From assembly GCA_050952645.1 (NCBI GenBank), contig JBMNLI010000007.1, positions 32,001 through 96,000 on the forward strand: a stretch of 64,000 nt of DNA, given 5' to 3'. The position numbers and the translations under genes are program-made. Of the stretch, positions 31,725-43,586 are shown one piece after another (the stretch's first letter is position 1; every line of letters begins with the position of its first letter). The notes beneath the pieces were generated by a model. That model was not told where the DNA came from and did not search any database. It saw nothing but the letters and a program-made list of their open reading frames with translations. The stretch is from Bdellovibrionota bacterium. GTDB lineage: Bacteria; Bdellovibrionota_C; UBA2361; CAKMMH01.

Positions 31725-31818
31725 ATAAAGATTATATTTAATAAAGATTATCAAAGAATAAAGATTATTAAAGAATAAAGATTATTAAAGAGTAAAGATT
31801 ATAAAGAGAATAAAGATT
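31725..31818. repeat. Degenerate tandem repeat, ~16-17 bp unit around AATAAAGATTATTAAAG
   Basis: About 6 imperfect copies, no spacers. Confidence 0.75.
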
Positions 31819-31934
31819 TTAGATGATTTTTTAAAATTTTTATTGTAATATTTAGCGGTAGTGGTTATATATATAAGTATAAAGATATTTTAGGCACAGA
31901 AGTTTTAGGCACAAAAGTTTTAGGCAAAGCGATT

Positions 31935-32294
31935 ATGGAATTAAAAAAATATACGGAAATTTTAAAAGATATAAAAAAAATAAAAAATGTAAAAAATGTA
32001 AAGATAAGTAAAACTAAGGTGTTATTATATGCGCCATCTATAAGTTTAATTTTAGCTGGAAGTTTCGTTATCTTTAGCCCTACTATGCTAAAATTCTTTT
32101 TAGCTTGTTTCCTAATTTTTTCAGGAATATTATCGCTTAAAGTTATTAAAAGGATTTACACTACGAGAAATAATATCCTATCAATTTTAGGACAAATCGA
32201 TGGACAAATCCTTATACACAAACACCATCCTGCCGAAGAAGATGATGATAGATTGTTCTCACAATATTCAAATAAAAAGAATATGTTTCATTAG
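31935..32294 (+). CDS. Hypothetical two-TM membrane protein
   Basis: 119-aa ORF with a hydrophobic hairpin, co-oriented with the Cas4-like gene. Confidence 0.65.
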   Translation: MELKKYTEILKDIKKIKNVKNVKISKTKVLLYAPSISLILAGSFVIFSPTMLKFFLACFLIFSGILSLKVIKRIYTTRNNILSILGQIDGQILIHKHHPAEEDDDRLFSQYSNKKNMFH

Positions 32295-32333
32295 TAAAAA
32301 ATATAAAGTTAAAAGTATTTTTTTAATTTTAAT

Positions 32334-33254
32334 ATGATTAAAAAAGTTAACGGAAAGTATATCATTTCAGCTGGAGAGCTAGGCATATACGTCGTTTGTC
32401 CTTACGCTTGGAAGTTAAAAAGCGTTTCTCATAAAAAACTAGAAAATGCTGATGTGCAAAAAGAATCTACGGAAGGAAAGAAACTCCATAAAGAATGGAG
32501 TAAAGAAACGGAAGATATTCATATCTTAAGAACTAAAAAAAGTTTAGTTTTAGGTTTACTTTCTGTCGTTATATTATCTTCTATTTTTTTTCTGAAAGAT
32601 AAAATTTTAAAATCTTATAATATAGAAAGTATAAAAACTCTTAAACTTAAATCTACCTCCATTTTATCGTATTTAATAAATGAAATAAAAATAGTCTTTG
32701 CAGAACTCGGCGAACTCGATCTCGATGTTTTAATGTTTGTCGTGTTAACTAGCATATCGTTATTTGTCGTGTATATCGTAAGTGTATACGTTAAAAAACG
32801 TGCAGTAGTAGCTGGAATAGATGAGAAAAGTAAACTTTTAGCATTAGAGCATAGTAAAATTTTACCATCGAAAGATTATATATCTTACACTCAAGGAATT
32901 TCTGGGAAACCCGATGCCGTAATAAAGGAAGGGGCTTATTTTATTCCAGTAGAGATAAAACCACTAGCTAAAAAATTAAGAGATCGCTACGTATATCAGC
33001 TTTTAGTTTATATGAGACTTATAAGTGAGTTTAAGAAAAAAGATGTTCCTTATGGATATCTTATTTTAGGGCCTAAAGCAAAAAGAGTAAGAATTAACAA
33101 TTTACCTGAAAGGCAAAAAAACCTTAATACGTTCTTGTCCGATATGAATGATATTTTAAATAATAAAAAAGAAGCCTTAGCAAGCCCTTCAGTGCAAAAA
33201 TGTTCAAAATGTAATGTAGCAAAATATTGTAAATTTAATGCTTGCAAGCCTTAG
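32334..33254 (+). CDS. Cas4-like PD-(D/E)xK nuclease with 4-Cys cluster and two inserted TM helices
   Basis: ISAGEL..VCPY; GKPDAV, PVEIK, QLLVY; CSKCNVAKYC; hydrophobic SLVLGLLSVVILSSIFFL and VLMFVVLTSISLFVVYIVSVYV. Confidence 0.8.
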   Translation: MIKKVNGKYIISAGELGIYVVCPYAWKLKSVSHKKLENADVQKESTEGKKLHKEWSKETEDIHILRTKKSLVLGLLSVVILSSIFFLKDKILKSYNIESIKTLKLKSTSILSYLINEIKIVFAELGELDLDVLMFVVLTSISLFVVYIVSVYVKKRAVVAGIDEKSKLLALEHSKILPSKDYISYTQGISGKPDAVIKEGAYFIPVEIKPLAKKLRDRYVYQLLVYMRLISEFKKKDVPYGYLILGPKAKRVRINNLPERQKNLNTFLSDMNDILNNKKEALASPSVQKCSKCNVAKYCKFNACKP

Positions 33255-33275
33255 ATGTGCTTTACTAAATTTATT

Positions 33276-33380
33276 GGTTCTTTCACGTTTTAGAAAGGCT
33301 TTGGAAAAATTGTTTTTGGCTTCGTCGATGAGTGATGCTAATTTAAAGGTCTAAAACCCACCTTAAAACGTCAAAGAACT
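33276..33380 (+). mobile_element. Medium copy of the hairpin/MITE family
   Basis: GGTTCTTTCACGTTTTAG...CTTAAAACGTCAAAGAACT with internal GGCTTCGTCGATGAGTGATGCTAAT; no clean TSD. Confidence 0.7.
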
Positions 33381-33435
33381 AAATAAATTTAAATTGCTAC
33401 ATGAAGAATAAAAAATATCTTTCGATAAACTTTAT

Positions 33436-34969
33436 ATGAGTTTATTTAAAGATATTTTTACAAAACGATTTTTAACACGAATAAAGAAGAATTATCCATC
33501 GCTGTTTTTTTGTTTCTTTTTAATTTTAGGACAGTTTGTAGCTTTCTATTTAATTAGATATCAAAATATCTATCTTATTTTGTTTATAAATTTAATTTTT
33601 ATTTTTTTCGTTCTTATAAAAAAATATATTTTTATAAATTTTTTTATAATAGGTATATTATCATTTTTCTTACAAGCAAAGAGTTTAAATTTTAAAACTT
33701 ATACTGAAGATGCTAGCTACTTAGTTAAAATTATATCTGATATTCAAAACAGAGTTTCAAATAGGATAAGTTTTACAGTTGAGGTGTTAGGAGTTCAGGA
33801 AAAAAGGCAAAGAGGTTTTAAAGAATTATCTTTTAAGAAAGAAAATTTTTTAATGTATTGTGGAGCCGTGTATCTTCCGTGGAAAAATATTTCAGAAGCT
33901 AAGAAGGGGGATGCTTTAATTATAAAAGCAAAGGTAAAAAATGTTGAGCCTACTTTCAATCCTATTTCTTATGAATTGTATCTTTTAAGAAAAAGTATAA
34001 GCAAAACTTGTGATATAAAATTTGCAAAGATTATAAAAAAGCGAAATGATAATAGCTTATCTTTAAGGCTTAATAAAAAAATAAGAAATAATGTTGTAAA
34101 AGTATTAGGCGACAAGGAGTCTTCTGGGCTTTTCTTATCGATGACTATTGGAGTTAGAAATCTTTTAGCAACCTTAACTGAAGAAAAGTTTAAAAAAGTA
34201 GGTCTTACGCATTTGCTCGTTGTATCTGGCTATCAAGTATGTTTAATTTATTTTAGTATTCTTTTTATACTAAAGCAGATTTCTAGAATTTTCAAAAAGC
34301 TTTATTATTACTATTTTATCCAATATGTTTATAAAATTTTAGCACTTTCAGGGAGTATCTTTTTTGTGCTTCTTTCAGGGGCAGATTCTTCGAGTATTAG
34401 AGCTGGTATAGCGATTATTATCTTAAATATTGCTACGATGTTTGAAAGAAATAGCTCATTTGCAAATAGCATTATTTTATCATTTTTTATTATGCATCTT
34501 CTTTTTCCTCTTTGCATTTTAGACCCAGGTGTGGCACTTAGCTATGCGGCACTTATAGGAATTTGGCTTGGAAGCTTTAGTAAGAATAGAATTAAAAGCT
34601 TTCTTCTTATATCTTTTTACGTTTATATAGCTACTAGCACAGTGACGCTAATATGGTTTAAACAAATCTCTTTTATATCATTTTTATTAAATATATCTGT
34701 TGCACCGATAATCTCTTGGATAAGTTGTTTTCTAGGTTTTTTAGGAATATTTTTAAATTTTACTATCGATAAGCCTGGGATATGTATAAAAATGCGTATC
34801 TTTTATTTTAGATTTATTTAAAAAATTCGTATTTTATATATCAGAGTTTAATTTTATATCTTACGTTTTTGATACCATGCCAATAATTTTAGTTTTAATC
34901 TTTTTTATTATTATAATAAGAGCTTTTTTAAAAAGGATTAAGTATTACGTCTCTTTTTGGAATTTGTAG
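33436..34969 (+). CDS. comEC: ComEC/Rec2 competence channel without metallo-beta-lactamase domain; frameshift near 34790
   Basis: GLTHLLVVSGYQV, SSIRA, DPGVALSY; frame stops at 34821, but removing one A at ~34790 continues a hydrophobic tail to TAG 34969. Confidence 0.82.
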
Positions 34970-35010
34970 CCTATAAGCTCCCCCTAAAAAAGAAATTTAA
35001 CTAAAATTTT

Positions 35011-35234
35011 GGTTCTTCACGTTTTAGGTGGGTTAGAAAAATTGTTTTTAGGGGTTAGCTTAAAAGAAAATTGGCTTTTATAGAAAACTATCTATAGTTT
35101 AAAGAAAAATTACAACTATATTTAAAGTAATTTATTTTATGCAAATTTCTTTAAAGTCAATTTTCTTTTGTGCTTCGTCGAGGTGAGTGATACTAATTTT
35201 AAGGTCTAAAACCTACCTTAAAACGTGAAGAGCT
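35011..35234 (+). mobile_element. Longest copy (224 bp) of the hairpin/MITE family
   Basis: TIR GGTTCTTCACGTTTTAGGTGGGTTAGA / TCTAAAACCTACCTTAAAACGTGAAGAGCT; AAAATTTT on both flanks; nested inner stems. Confidence 0.8.
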
Positions 35235-35366
35235 AAAATTTTTTAAAGTATCTCTTTAAAGTCAATTTTATTTAATTAGTAAGTGTGTTATATTTTTATT
35301 GACCGACGCAAAATCACGAAAATCGCGAAAATCATTAAAATGTTATAGCAAATAAATGTTATAATT

Positions 35367-37119
<1,753 letters not shown>

Positions 37120-37258
37120 TAATGTTTAAAAAAACGATTTCTTTTTTCTAACTATTTTCTTTTGATGCAAAATAATATACACTAAGTAAATGTGTATTTT
37201 AAATAAAAATATACATTCATGTTTAAAAAATTCAAAATAAAAGAGAGATTATATAATT

Positions 37259-38962
37259 ATGAATACTGATAATACGAGCAGTAATGCTAGTTCTTTTGCT
37301 AGCGAGTTTGAAAATCTTGTAAAAAAACAAGTAGATTCGATTAAATTAGGTAATATTGTTTCGGGAACGATAGTTGATATTGGAAAGGAAATGGTAACGG
37401 TAGATATCGGCTTTAAATCTGAAGGTGTAGTCCCAACACAACAATTTTATAACCACGATGGGAAAATCAATGTAAAAGTTGGAGATGAGACCGAGGTTTT
37501 TATTTTGCAACTTGAAAATGAACACGGACAAGTAGTTTTGTCGAGAGAAAAAGCGATGCAAAAAAGAGTTTGGGAACACGTTGAGAGAACTTTTGCAGAA
37601 GGTGGCTTAGTTACTGGTAAGGTAATGCAAAAAGTAAAAGGCGGTCTTCAAGTAGATATAGGAATTCCAGCATTTTTACCTGGTTCGCAAGTCGATATTA
37701 GACCTCACAGGAATTTAGATAAATTTTTAGGTGAAGTTTACGATTTTAAAGTATTAAAAATTACTAAGGATAAAGGTAATATCGTAGTTTCAAGAAGAGC
37801 AGTTCTTCTTTCAGAAAGAAGCCAATTAAGAGAAGAAACTTTAAAAGTTATCTCGGAAGGCGTTGTAATGGAAGGAGCCGTTAAGAATATTACAGACTAC
37901 GGCGTGTTTATAGACCTTGGTGGTATCGATGGACTTTTACATATTACAGATATTTCTTGGGGAAGGGTGAACCATCCTGCTGAGAAATTAAATGTAGGAG
38001 ATAAAGTGCCAGTAGTAGTTCTTAAGTATGATGAAGAAAATGAGCGTGTAAGCTTAGGTATGAAGCAACTAAAAGAAGATCCTTGGCTTAAAGTTGATGA
38101 GAAATATTCTATCGGCTCTAGAGTCGTTGGTAAGGTATTTTCAATCGTTGATTATGGTGCATTCGTTGAACTTGAAGATGGCGTTGAGGGGTTAATTCAT
38201 ATATCAGATATGAGCTGGACTAAGAAAGCTAAACATCCATCAAAGATAGTATCCGAAAAACAAATGGTAGAGGTTCAAGTTCTTGGAATAGATCACCAAG
38301 AAAGAAGAATTTCACTAGGTATGAAACAGCTTACGGCAAATCCTTGGGACGAGCTTGCAAAGACGCATCCTGTCGGTTCAGTTATTACTGGAAAAGTTCG
38401 CTCAATTACAGAGTTCGGAATATTTGTTGGTGTTGAAGATGGCATCGATGGATTAGTTCACGTTTCAGATTTTTCTTGGACTAAGAGAATTAAAGATCCG
38501 AAAGAAATTGGAGAGCTTTATAAAAAAGGCATGGAAATTACGGCTAAAGTGCTAGAGATTGACGGTGAAAACGAAAGGCTTAGTCTTGGTATTAAGCAAC
38601 TAACCGAAGATCCTTGGGATAAGATCTCTATGCGTTATCCAGTTGGGGCTAAAGTTAAAGGAACCGTCGCATCTATCGCTGATTTTGGAGTATTCGTTGA
38701 GCTTGAAGAGGGAGTTGAGGGACTTATCCACACCTCACAGCTTGGACTTAATAAAGATGAAGAGGTAAAGGATCATTTTAAAGTTGGTGATGAAGTTGAA
38801 AGTGAGGTTATTAACATCGATAGAGATGAGCATAGAATCAGCTTAAGTATTAATGTTATAAAGAATAGAGAAGAACATAACTTATCTAACTTTTCCGATG
38901 ATAATGCTGGCATAGCAGTTACTTTTGGCGATTTGCTTCGTCAAGCAAAAGATGAAAGATAA
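37259..38962 (+). CDS. rpsA: 30S ribosomal protein S1, six S1 domains
   Basis: Repeated G(V/A)FV..GL.H.S..ISLG.KQL..PW units. Confidence 0.97.
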   Translation: MNTDNTSSNASSFASEFENLVKKQVDSIKLGNIVSGTIVDIGKEMVTVDIGFKSEGVVPTQQFYNHDGKINVKVGDETEVFILQLENEHGQVVLSREKAMQKRVWEHVERTFAEGGLVTGKVMQKVKGGLQVDIGIPAFLPGSQVDIRPHRNLDKFLGEVYDFKVLKITKDKGNIVVSRRAVLLSERSQLREETLKVISEGVVMEGAVKNITDYGVFIDLGGIDGLLHITDISWGRVNHPAEKLNVGDKVPVVVLKYDEENERVSLGMKQLKEDPWLKVDEKYSIGSRVVGKVFSIVDYGAFVELEDGVEGLIHISDMSWTKKAKHPSKIVSEKQMVEVQVLGIDHQERRISLGMKQLTANPWDELAKTHPVGSVITGKVRSITEFGIFVGVEDGIDGLVHVSDFSWTKRIKDPKEIGELYKKGMEITAKVLEIDGENERLSLGIKQLTEDPWDKISMRYPVGAKVKGTVASIADFGVFVELEEGVEGLIHTSQLGLNKDEEVKDHFKVGDEVESEVINIDRDEHRISLSINVIKNREEHNLSNFSDDNAGIAVTFGDLLRQAKDER

Positions 38963-38979
38963 GTGTTGATGTTAGTGGA

Positions 38980-39160
38980 GAGTTTAAAAGAAAATTGGCT
39001 TTTATGGAGAACTAGCTATGGTAAAAAAAAATTACAGCTATATTTAAAGTAATTTTTGTTTATGTAAATTTCTAAAAAGTCAATTTTCTTTTGGACTACG
39101 TGGGGGGAAGAGGATGTTAATTTTTTAGAGCTTAAACTATCCTTAAAAACATGAAGAGCC
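38980..39160 (+). mobile_element. Left-truncated, diverged copy of the hairpin/MITE family
   Basis: AAAAGAAAATTGGCTTT..AAAGTCAATTTTCTTTT..CATGAAGAGCC, colinear with 35060-35234. Confidence 0.7.
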
Positions 39161-39236
39161 TCTTTTTTTATATAAAATCCATTTTTAGTTGAAGAAGGAC
39201 GGTTAAGCTTATTTTTAAACGCATGAAGAGCTAATT

Positions 39237-39668
39237 TTAATTGTTTTTTCCTTTTAATATATCTCTAATTTCAGTAAGTAAAATTTCTTCTTTTGTTGGC
39301 TCTTCTTTAAGTTCTATTCCTTCTTTTTTTCGTTCTTTTATAGCAATATTTCTAAGTGCATTCATAGCTTTAATCATTGCAAATATTGCGAGTGAAACGA
39401 TAATAAAATCTAAGGTGGTTTGGATAAAATTCCCATAATTTAAGGCAACTTGAGGAGTGCCGTTTGTAGCTTCCTTTAATACTAATTTTAAGTCTTTAAA
39501 ATCTACTCCCCCTATTAACAATCCTAAAGGTGGGGTTAAAATATCGTTTACTAGAGACGTAACGATTTTTCCAAAAGCAGCTCCAATAATAATGCCGATG
39601 GCCATATCTACAACGTTCCCTCTTAATGCAAACTCTTGAAATTCTTTTAATATACCTGCAATTTTCAT
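39237..39668 (-). CDS. mscL: Large-conductance mechanosensitive channel
   Basis: [21 protein letters not shown]. Confidence 0.97.
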   Translation of the reverse strand: MKIAGILKEFQEFALRGNVVDMAIGIIIGAAFGKIVTSLVNDILTPPLGLLIGGVDFKDLKLVLKEATNGTPQVALNYGNFIQTTLDFIIVSLAIFAMIKAMNALRNIAIKERKKEGIELKEEPTKEEILLTEIRDILKGKNN

Positions 39669-39902
39669 AAGCTACTCCTATAGATAAATAAAAAAAAATT
39701 AAAAACCCTAGAGGTTTTTAAGTAGTAAATTTTATAGCATTTAATATATAGTTTTATTGTACATTTTAGAAGATAGAACTTGAGATGTTAAAAAGTTATT
39801 AAAAAGTGTTTTTCTTTAAGATTTTTTGGTGATACTTTTAAAACCTGAAAAACTTTAGTTTTTACTCTACTTGAGTTTTTTCCCTACTTATATATAATAA
39901 AA

Positions 39903-40003
39903 AGACGGTAAAAGATATGCGAGAAAAGATTCGCGAAACTTGGTCAGGTTCGGAAGAAAGCAGCCATAAGTGTATTTTTTCTGTGATTTATTTTTTACCG
40001 TTT
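39903..40003 (+). ncRNA. ffs: Small bacterial SRP (4.5S) RNA
   Basis: Helix-8 motif GGTCAGGTTCGGAAGAAAGCAGCC; closing stem GACGGTAAAA/TTTTACCGTT; TTGAGT-N16-TATAAT upstream; usual position before dnaX. Confidence 0.88.
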
Positions 40004-40088
40004 TTTTCAAAAATTAAATTATTCTAAGATTTATTTTACAGATTTATTTTTGAGATTTTATTTTTAAGATTTTATTATAAAGATTTAA

Positions 40089-41324
40089 ATGTCATATCTT
40101 GTCTTTGCTAGAAAATATCGCCCCAAAACATTTGCTGAAGTTACTGGGCAAGAACACATTACTAGAAGTTTAGTAAATGCAATAAATAGAGATAAAATAG
40201 CACACGCCTTTCTTTTTTCAGGCCCTAGAGGAGTCGGGAAGACATCTATCGCTAGAATTTTAGCAAAGTCTTTAAACTGTGTTAAAGGTCCTACCGCATC
40301 GCCATGTTTAGAGTGTGCAAATTGTAAAGAGATAGCTGCAGGAAATAGCCTTGCAGTCATCGAAATGGACGGAGCATCAAACAATAGTGTAGATGATGTA
40401 AGAGGGCTTGTAGAGTCTTTTAAACTTCCTCCACCGCCAAATTCAAAATATAAAGTCTATATTATAGATGAAGTTCATATGCTTAGCATATCGGCTTTTA
40501 ATGCTCTGCTTAAAAGCTTAGAGGAACCACCAAGTAATACGGTTTTTATTTTAGCAACGACTGAGCTTCAAAAAATTCCAGAAACCGTAGTTTCAAGATG
40601 TCAGCGTCATGATTTTCGCTCGCTTTCATTTGATGAGATAAGAGATAGGTTAAAAGAGATTCTAAAAAATGAAAATATAACTATTGAAGCGCAGGCTTTA
40701 AGAACTATCGCAAAGCTTTCTAGTGGGTCGATGAGAGATGCTCAATCGATTTTAGATAGAGTTTCATCTTTTTGCGAAGACGGTAAAATAACCTCTAAAG
40801 AGTGTAGTAGTATTTTAGGCGTTGTAGAGCGTGCAGTCTTGTTTGAAATTTCTAACGCTATACTAAAAAGAGATTCATTAAAAGCACTAGATGAGCTTCA
40901 GAAAGTTTTTAACTCTGGGAGCAATATCTCTCTTTTTGTAGAAGAATTTTTATCTTACTTTAGAGAGCTTTTAATAGCAAAGTTAAAGGGTTTTGAGCTT
41001 CTTAATTCCTACGGTCTAGATAAAGAAGAGATAGAGATTTTAAAAGACGAAACTCTAGATATAAGCTTAACCGATATTCAAGATCTATTTGAAATTTTAA
41101 GAGTAGGTGCTGATAGCATAATAAGGAGTTCTTACCCTAAATACTCGCTAGAGGCACTAGTAGTAAAAATGGCTACAAGAGAGCCTGTAAAAGATGTTGC
41201 ATTCCTTGTAGGAGCGTTAAGAAACAAATTAGAAAATCTAAACTCTTTAGATTTGCAAGTAGGTAGTAGTGTAAATGATGAAAATGATAAGTCGCTACAC
41301 GCTACTGCTAAAAAAAAAACTTAA
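40089..41324 (+). CDS. dnaX: DNA polymerase III gamma/tau, zero-frame (gamma-sized) product
   Basis: ARKYRP, GPRGVGKT, IIDEVHML, SRC; ends GCT-A10-CT-TAA. Confidence 0.95.
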   Translation: MSYLVFARKYRPKTFAEVTGQEHITRSLVNAINRDKIAHAFLFSGPRGVGKTSIARILAKSLNCVKGPTASPCLECANCKEIAAGNSLAVIEMDGASNNSVDDVRGLVESFKLPPPPNSKYKVYIIDEVHMLSISAFNALLKSLEEPPSNTVFILATTELQKIPETVVSRCQRHDFRSLSFDEIRDRLKEILKNENITIEAQALRTIAKLSSGSMRDAQSILDRVSSFCEDGKITSKECSSILGVVERAVLFEISNAILKRDSLKALDELQKVFNSGSNISLFVEEFLSYFRELLIAKLKGFELLNSYGLDKEEIEILKDETLDISLTDIQDLFEILRVGADSIIRSSYPKYSLEALVVKMATREPVKDVAFLVGALRNKLENLNSLDLQVGSSVNDENDKSLHATAKKKT

Positions 41325-41923
41325 ATGACAGTGAAAAAGAAATAAAAAAATCTTTAAGCGAAAGTTTCCAAAAAATTAAAGAAGAGAAAGAAAAAAATCA
41401 AAACAAGGGAAATGAAATTAAAGAAAGCAAAAGTAAAGAAAATAAAAGTAATGAAAATAAAAAAGATAAAGAAAGCGAAGATAAAAATAGTAAAAATAGT
41501 ATAGAAAGAAAAATTGATAATGTAGAAATTTTAGCTAAATTAGCCCCTAGTTCTTTTAATGCTGACGATTTTATAAAGAGTATAGAGGTAAAAAATGGCG
41601 GTTTTTTTGAGTCTTGTATTAAAAGGGTAAGTATAGTTTTTAAAGATAAAAAAATAATTATTAAAGGCTCAAAATTTGATATAGGCTATTTAAAAGGAAG
41701 CGAGAACAAGCCTCTATTATTAGAAAGCTTATATAAATATACTGGAATTAAAAATTGGGTATTACAATTTGAAGAAGATGTAATAAACTCTGATATTCCG
41801 CAAGATAGCTTTGTAAAAAAAGATGAGATGGAAAAAAAAGAAAAAGTTTATAAGGATCCGCTTTTTTTAGAAATAAAAAAAACATTTCCTGGAACGGAGA
41901 TTGAAAAGTTTATAAAAAAATAG
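41318..41923 (+). CDS. dnaX: Out-of-frame C-terminal extension of DnaX (tau-specific part)
   Basis: ~200-codon open -1 frame starting in the A10 run; charged linker, then a domain ending DPLFLEIKKTFPGTEI; fills the gap to ybaB. Confidence 0.75.
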   Translation, partial: NLNDSEKEIKKSLSESFQKIKEEKEKNQNKGNEIKESKSKENKSNENKKDKESEDKNSKNSIERKIDNVEILAKLAPSSFNADDFIKSIEVKNGGFFESCIKRVSIVFKDKKIIIKGSKFDIGYLKGSENKPLLLESLYKYTGIKNWVLQFEEDVINSDIPQDSFVKKDEMEKKEKVYKDPLFLEIKKTFPGTEIEKFIKK

Positions 41924-41951
41924 AATTTAAAATAATATAGGAGGATATAAT

Positions 41952-42296
41952 ATGGCAAAAGGCTTTAGTGGTATACCAAGCGGTGGGGGCAATATGCAAC
42001 AGTTAATGAAGCAAGCACAAAAAATGCAGCAAGATATGCAACGTGTGCAACAAGAGACTGAAAATATGGTAATTCAAGCCTCGGCAGGCGGTTCAATGGT
42101 AAATGTGGAAATTAATGGTAAGTATGAGTTAGTATCATTAAAAATAGACAAGAGTGTAGTTAATGCCGATGATGTGGAGATGCTTCAAGATTTAATAATT
42201 GCGGCAACTAATGAGGCTATCAGAAAGATGAAAACGGAAAGTGAAAAGAAGTATTCTACCGTAACTGGTGGCTTATCAATGCCAGGTCTTTTTTAA
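41952..42296 (+). CDS. ybaB: YbaB/EbfC nucleoid-associated protein
   Basis: MKQAQKMQ, DVEMLQDLI; dnaX-ybaB-recR synteny. Confidence 0.95.
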   Translation: MAKGFSGIPSGGGNMQQLMKQAQKMQQDMQRVQQETENMVIQASAGGSMVNVEINGKYELVSLKIDKSVVNADDVEMLQDLIIAATNEAIRKMKTESEKKYSTVTGGLSMPGLF

Positions 42297-42314
42297 ATAT
42301 AGTTTTTTTTGCAC

Positions 42315-42914
42315 ATGTATTTATTTCCTGAGTCAATGAGAAAATTAGTGCGTGAGCTTTCAAAGCTTCCATCGATAGGAGAAAAGACTGCGATGAGACT
42401 TTCTTATCATATCGTTAATAACGATAGGGAGCTTGCTCAAAGTTTAAGTGAAGCACTTTTGCAAGCCGTAAATAACACTTGTTTTTGCGAGACTTGTTTT
42501 AGTTTTACTGAAGGTAAAAAATGTAAAATTTGCGAAGATCCTTTAAGAGATAAAAGTTTGATTTGCGTAGTAGAAAAGCCGATGGATATATACGCTTTTG
42601 AAAGAATGGGAGAGTTTAAAGGAGTTTATCACGTTCTTCACGGGCTTTTTGCTCCATTAAAGGGGTTAGGTGTTGAGTCTATGAAATTAAAAGAGCTTTT
42701 TGAAAGAATTAAAAAAGGAGAAATAAAGGAAGTTATTTTAGCTACCTCATCGACGGTTGAGGGAGATGCTACATCTCTTCTTATTGCAGATAGATTAAAA
42801 GATATGGATATAAAAGTTTCTAGACTTGCCCAAGGAATGTCAAAGGGCACTGAACTTGAATATGCAGATGATATTACTTTATCTAGAGCCTTTAGTGGTA
42901 GAAATTATTATTAA
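42315..42914 (+). CDS. recR: Recombination mediator RecR
   Basis: LPSIGEKTA HhH, C4 zinc finger, TOPRIM (VVE, YHVLHG, EYAD). Confidence 0.95.
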   Translation: MYLFPESMRKLVRELSKLPSIGEKTAMRLSYHIVNNDRELAQSLSEALLQAVNNTCFCETCFSFTEGKKCKICEDPLRDKSLICVVEKPMDIYAFERMGEFKGVYHVLHGLFAPLKGLGVESMKLKELFERIKKGEIKEVILATSSTVEGDATSLLIADRLKDMDIKVSRLAQGMSKGTELEYADDITLSRAFSGRNYY

Positions 42915-43026
42915 GTTTTTTGTGATGGGCTCATGCGTTTTAAGGTGGTTAGAAAATTTTGTTTTTAAACTTTTCGCTATTGACTTTTGTTTAAAAAACA
43001 AAGATTATAGTCTGTATTGTGTTTGT

Positions 43027-43102
43027 TCCCCAGTAGCTCAGTTGGTAGAGCAAATGACTGTTAATCATTGGGTCACTGGTTCGAGTCCAGTCTGGGGAGC
43101 CA
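43027..43102 (+). tRNA. tRNA-Asn(GTT)
   Basis: Cloverleaf TCCCCAG..CTGGGGA-G-CCA, anticodon loop CTGTTAA. Confidence 0.97.
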
Positions 43103-43153
43103 TTTTTTCTTCAAGTTTTTTTATTCAAAAAAGAATTCTTTTTTGCCAAATTT

Positions 43154-43227
43154 GCACCATTAGCTCAGTTGGATAGAGCGTCTGACTACGAATCAGAAGG
43201 TCGTAGGTTCGACTCCTTCATGGTGCA
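43154..43227 (+). tRNA. tRNA-Arg(ACG), CCA not encoded
   Basis: Acceptor GCACCAT/ATGGTGC, anticodon loop CTACGAA, TTCGA loop. Confidence 0.95.
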
Positions 43228-43324
43228 TACTTTTCTAGCATCTTTCTTAATACGTTTTCTTTAAAACAAAGCTTTCTTTTCTGTTTTGCTTAAATATTTT
43301 TTACTTATCTAGTTTGTTTTATAA

Positions 43325-43431
43325 GGAAACACTGATTAACAGCATAATTCTAAGAGTTTTTTTTAAACATCTTGAAAAAATTAACTTTTTATATCTGTTT
43401 TTAGAAATTTTAGACATTAATCAGTGTTTCC
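43325..43431. mobile_element. 107-bp MITE-like element with perfect 15-bp terminal inverted repeats
   Basis: GGAAACACTGATTAA / TTAATCAGTGTTTCC. Confidence 0.5.
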
Positions 43432-43586
43432 ATAAAATTACTTTATAAATAACCACTATAAAAAAAGCTTTAAATCAGTGATAATGCCAAAAGCGATTGT
43501 TTTTATACTTGTAAAAATATTTTGCCCTAGAGAAAAATATTGTAGTTTATTTATTTTAACCATTTAAAGGTTTTAAAAGATAAAAA

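Noticed and set aside
31725..33254. Possible CRISPR array beside the Cas4-like gene
   Set aside because: Repeats are contiguous ~16-bp tandem units without unique spacers; no cas1/cas2
42826..43176. 116-aa ORF
   Set aside because: Overlaps the recR end and both tRNA genes; spurious
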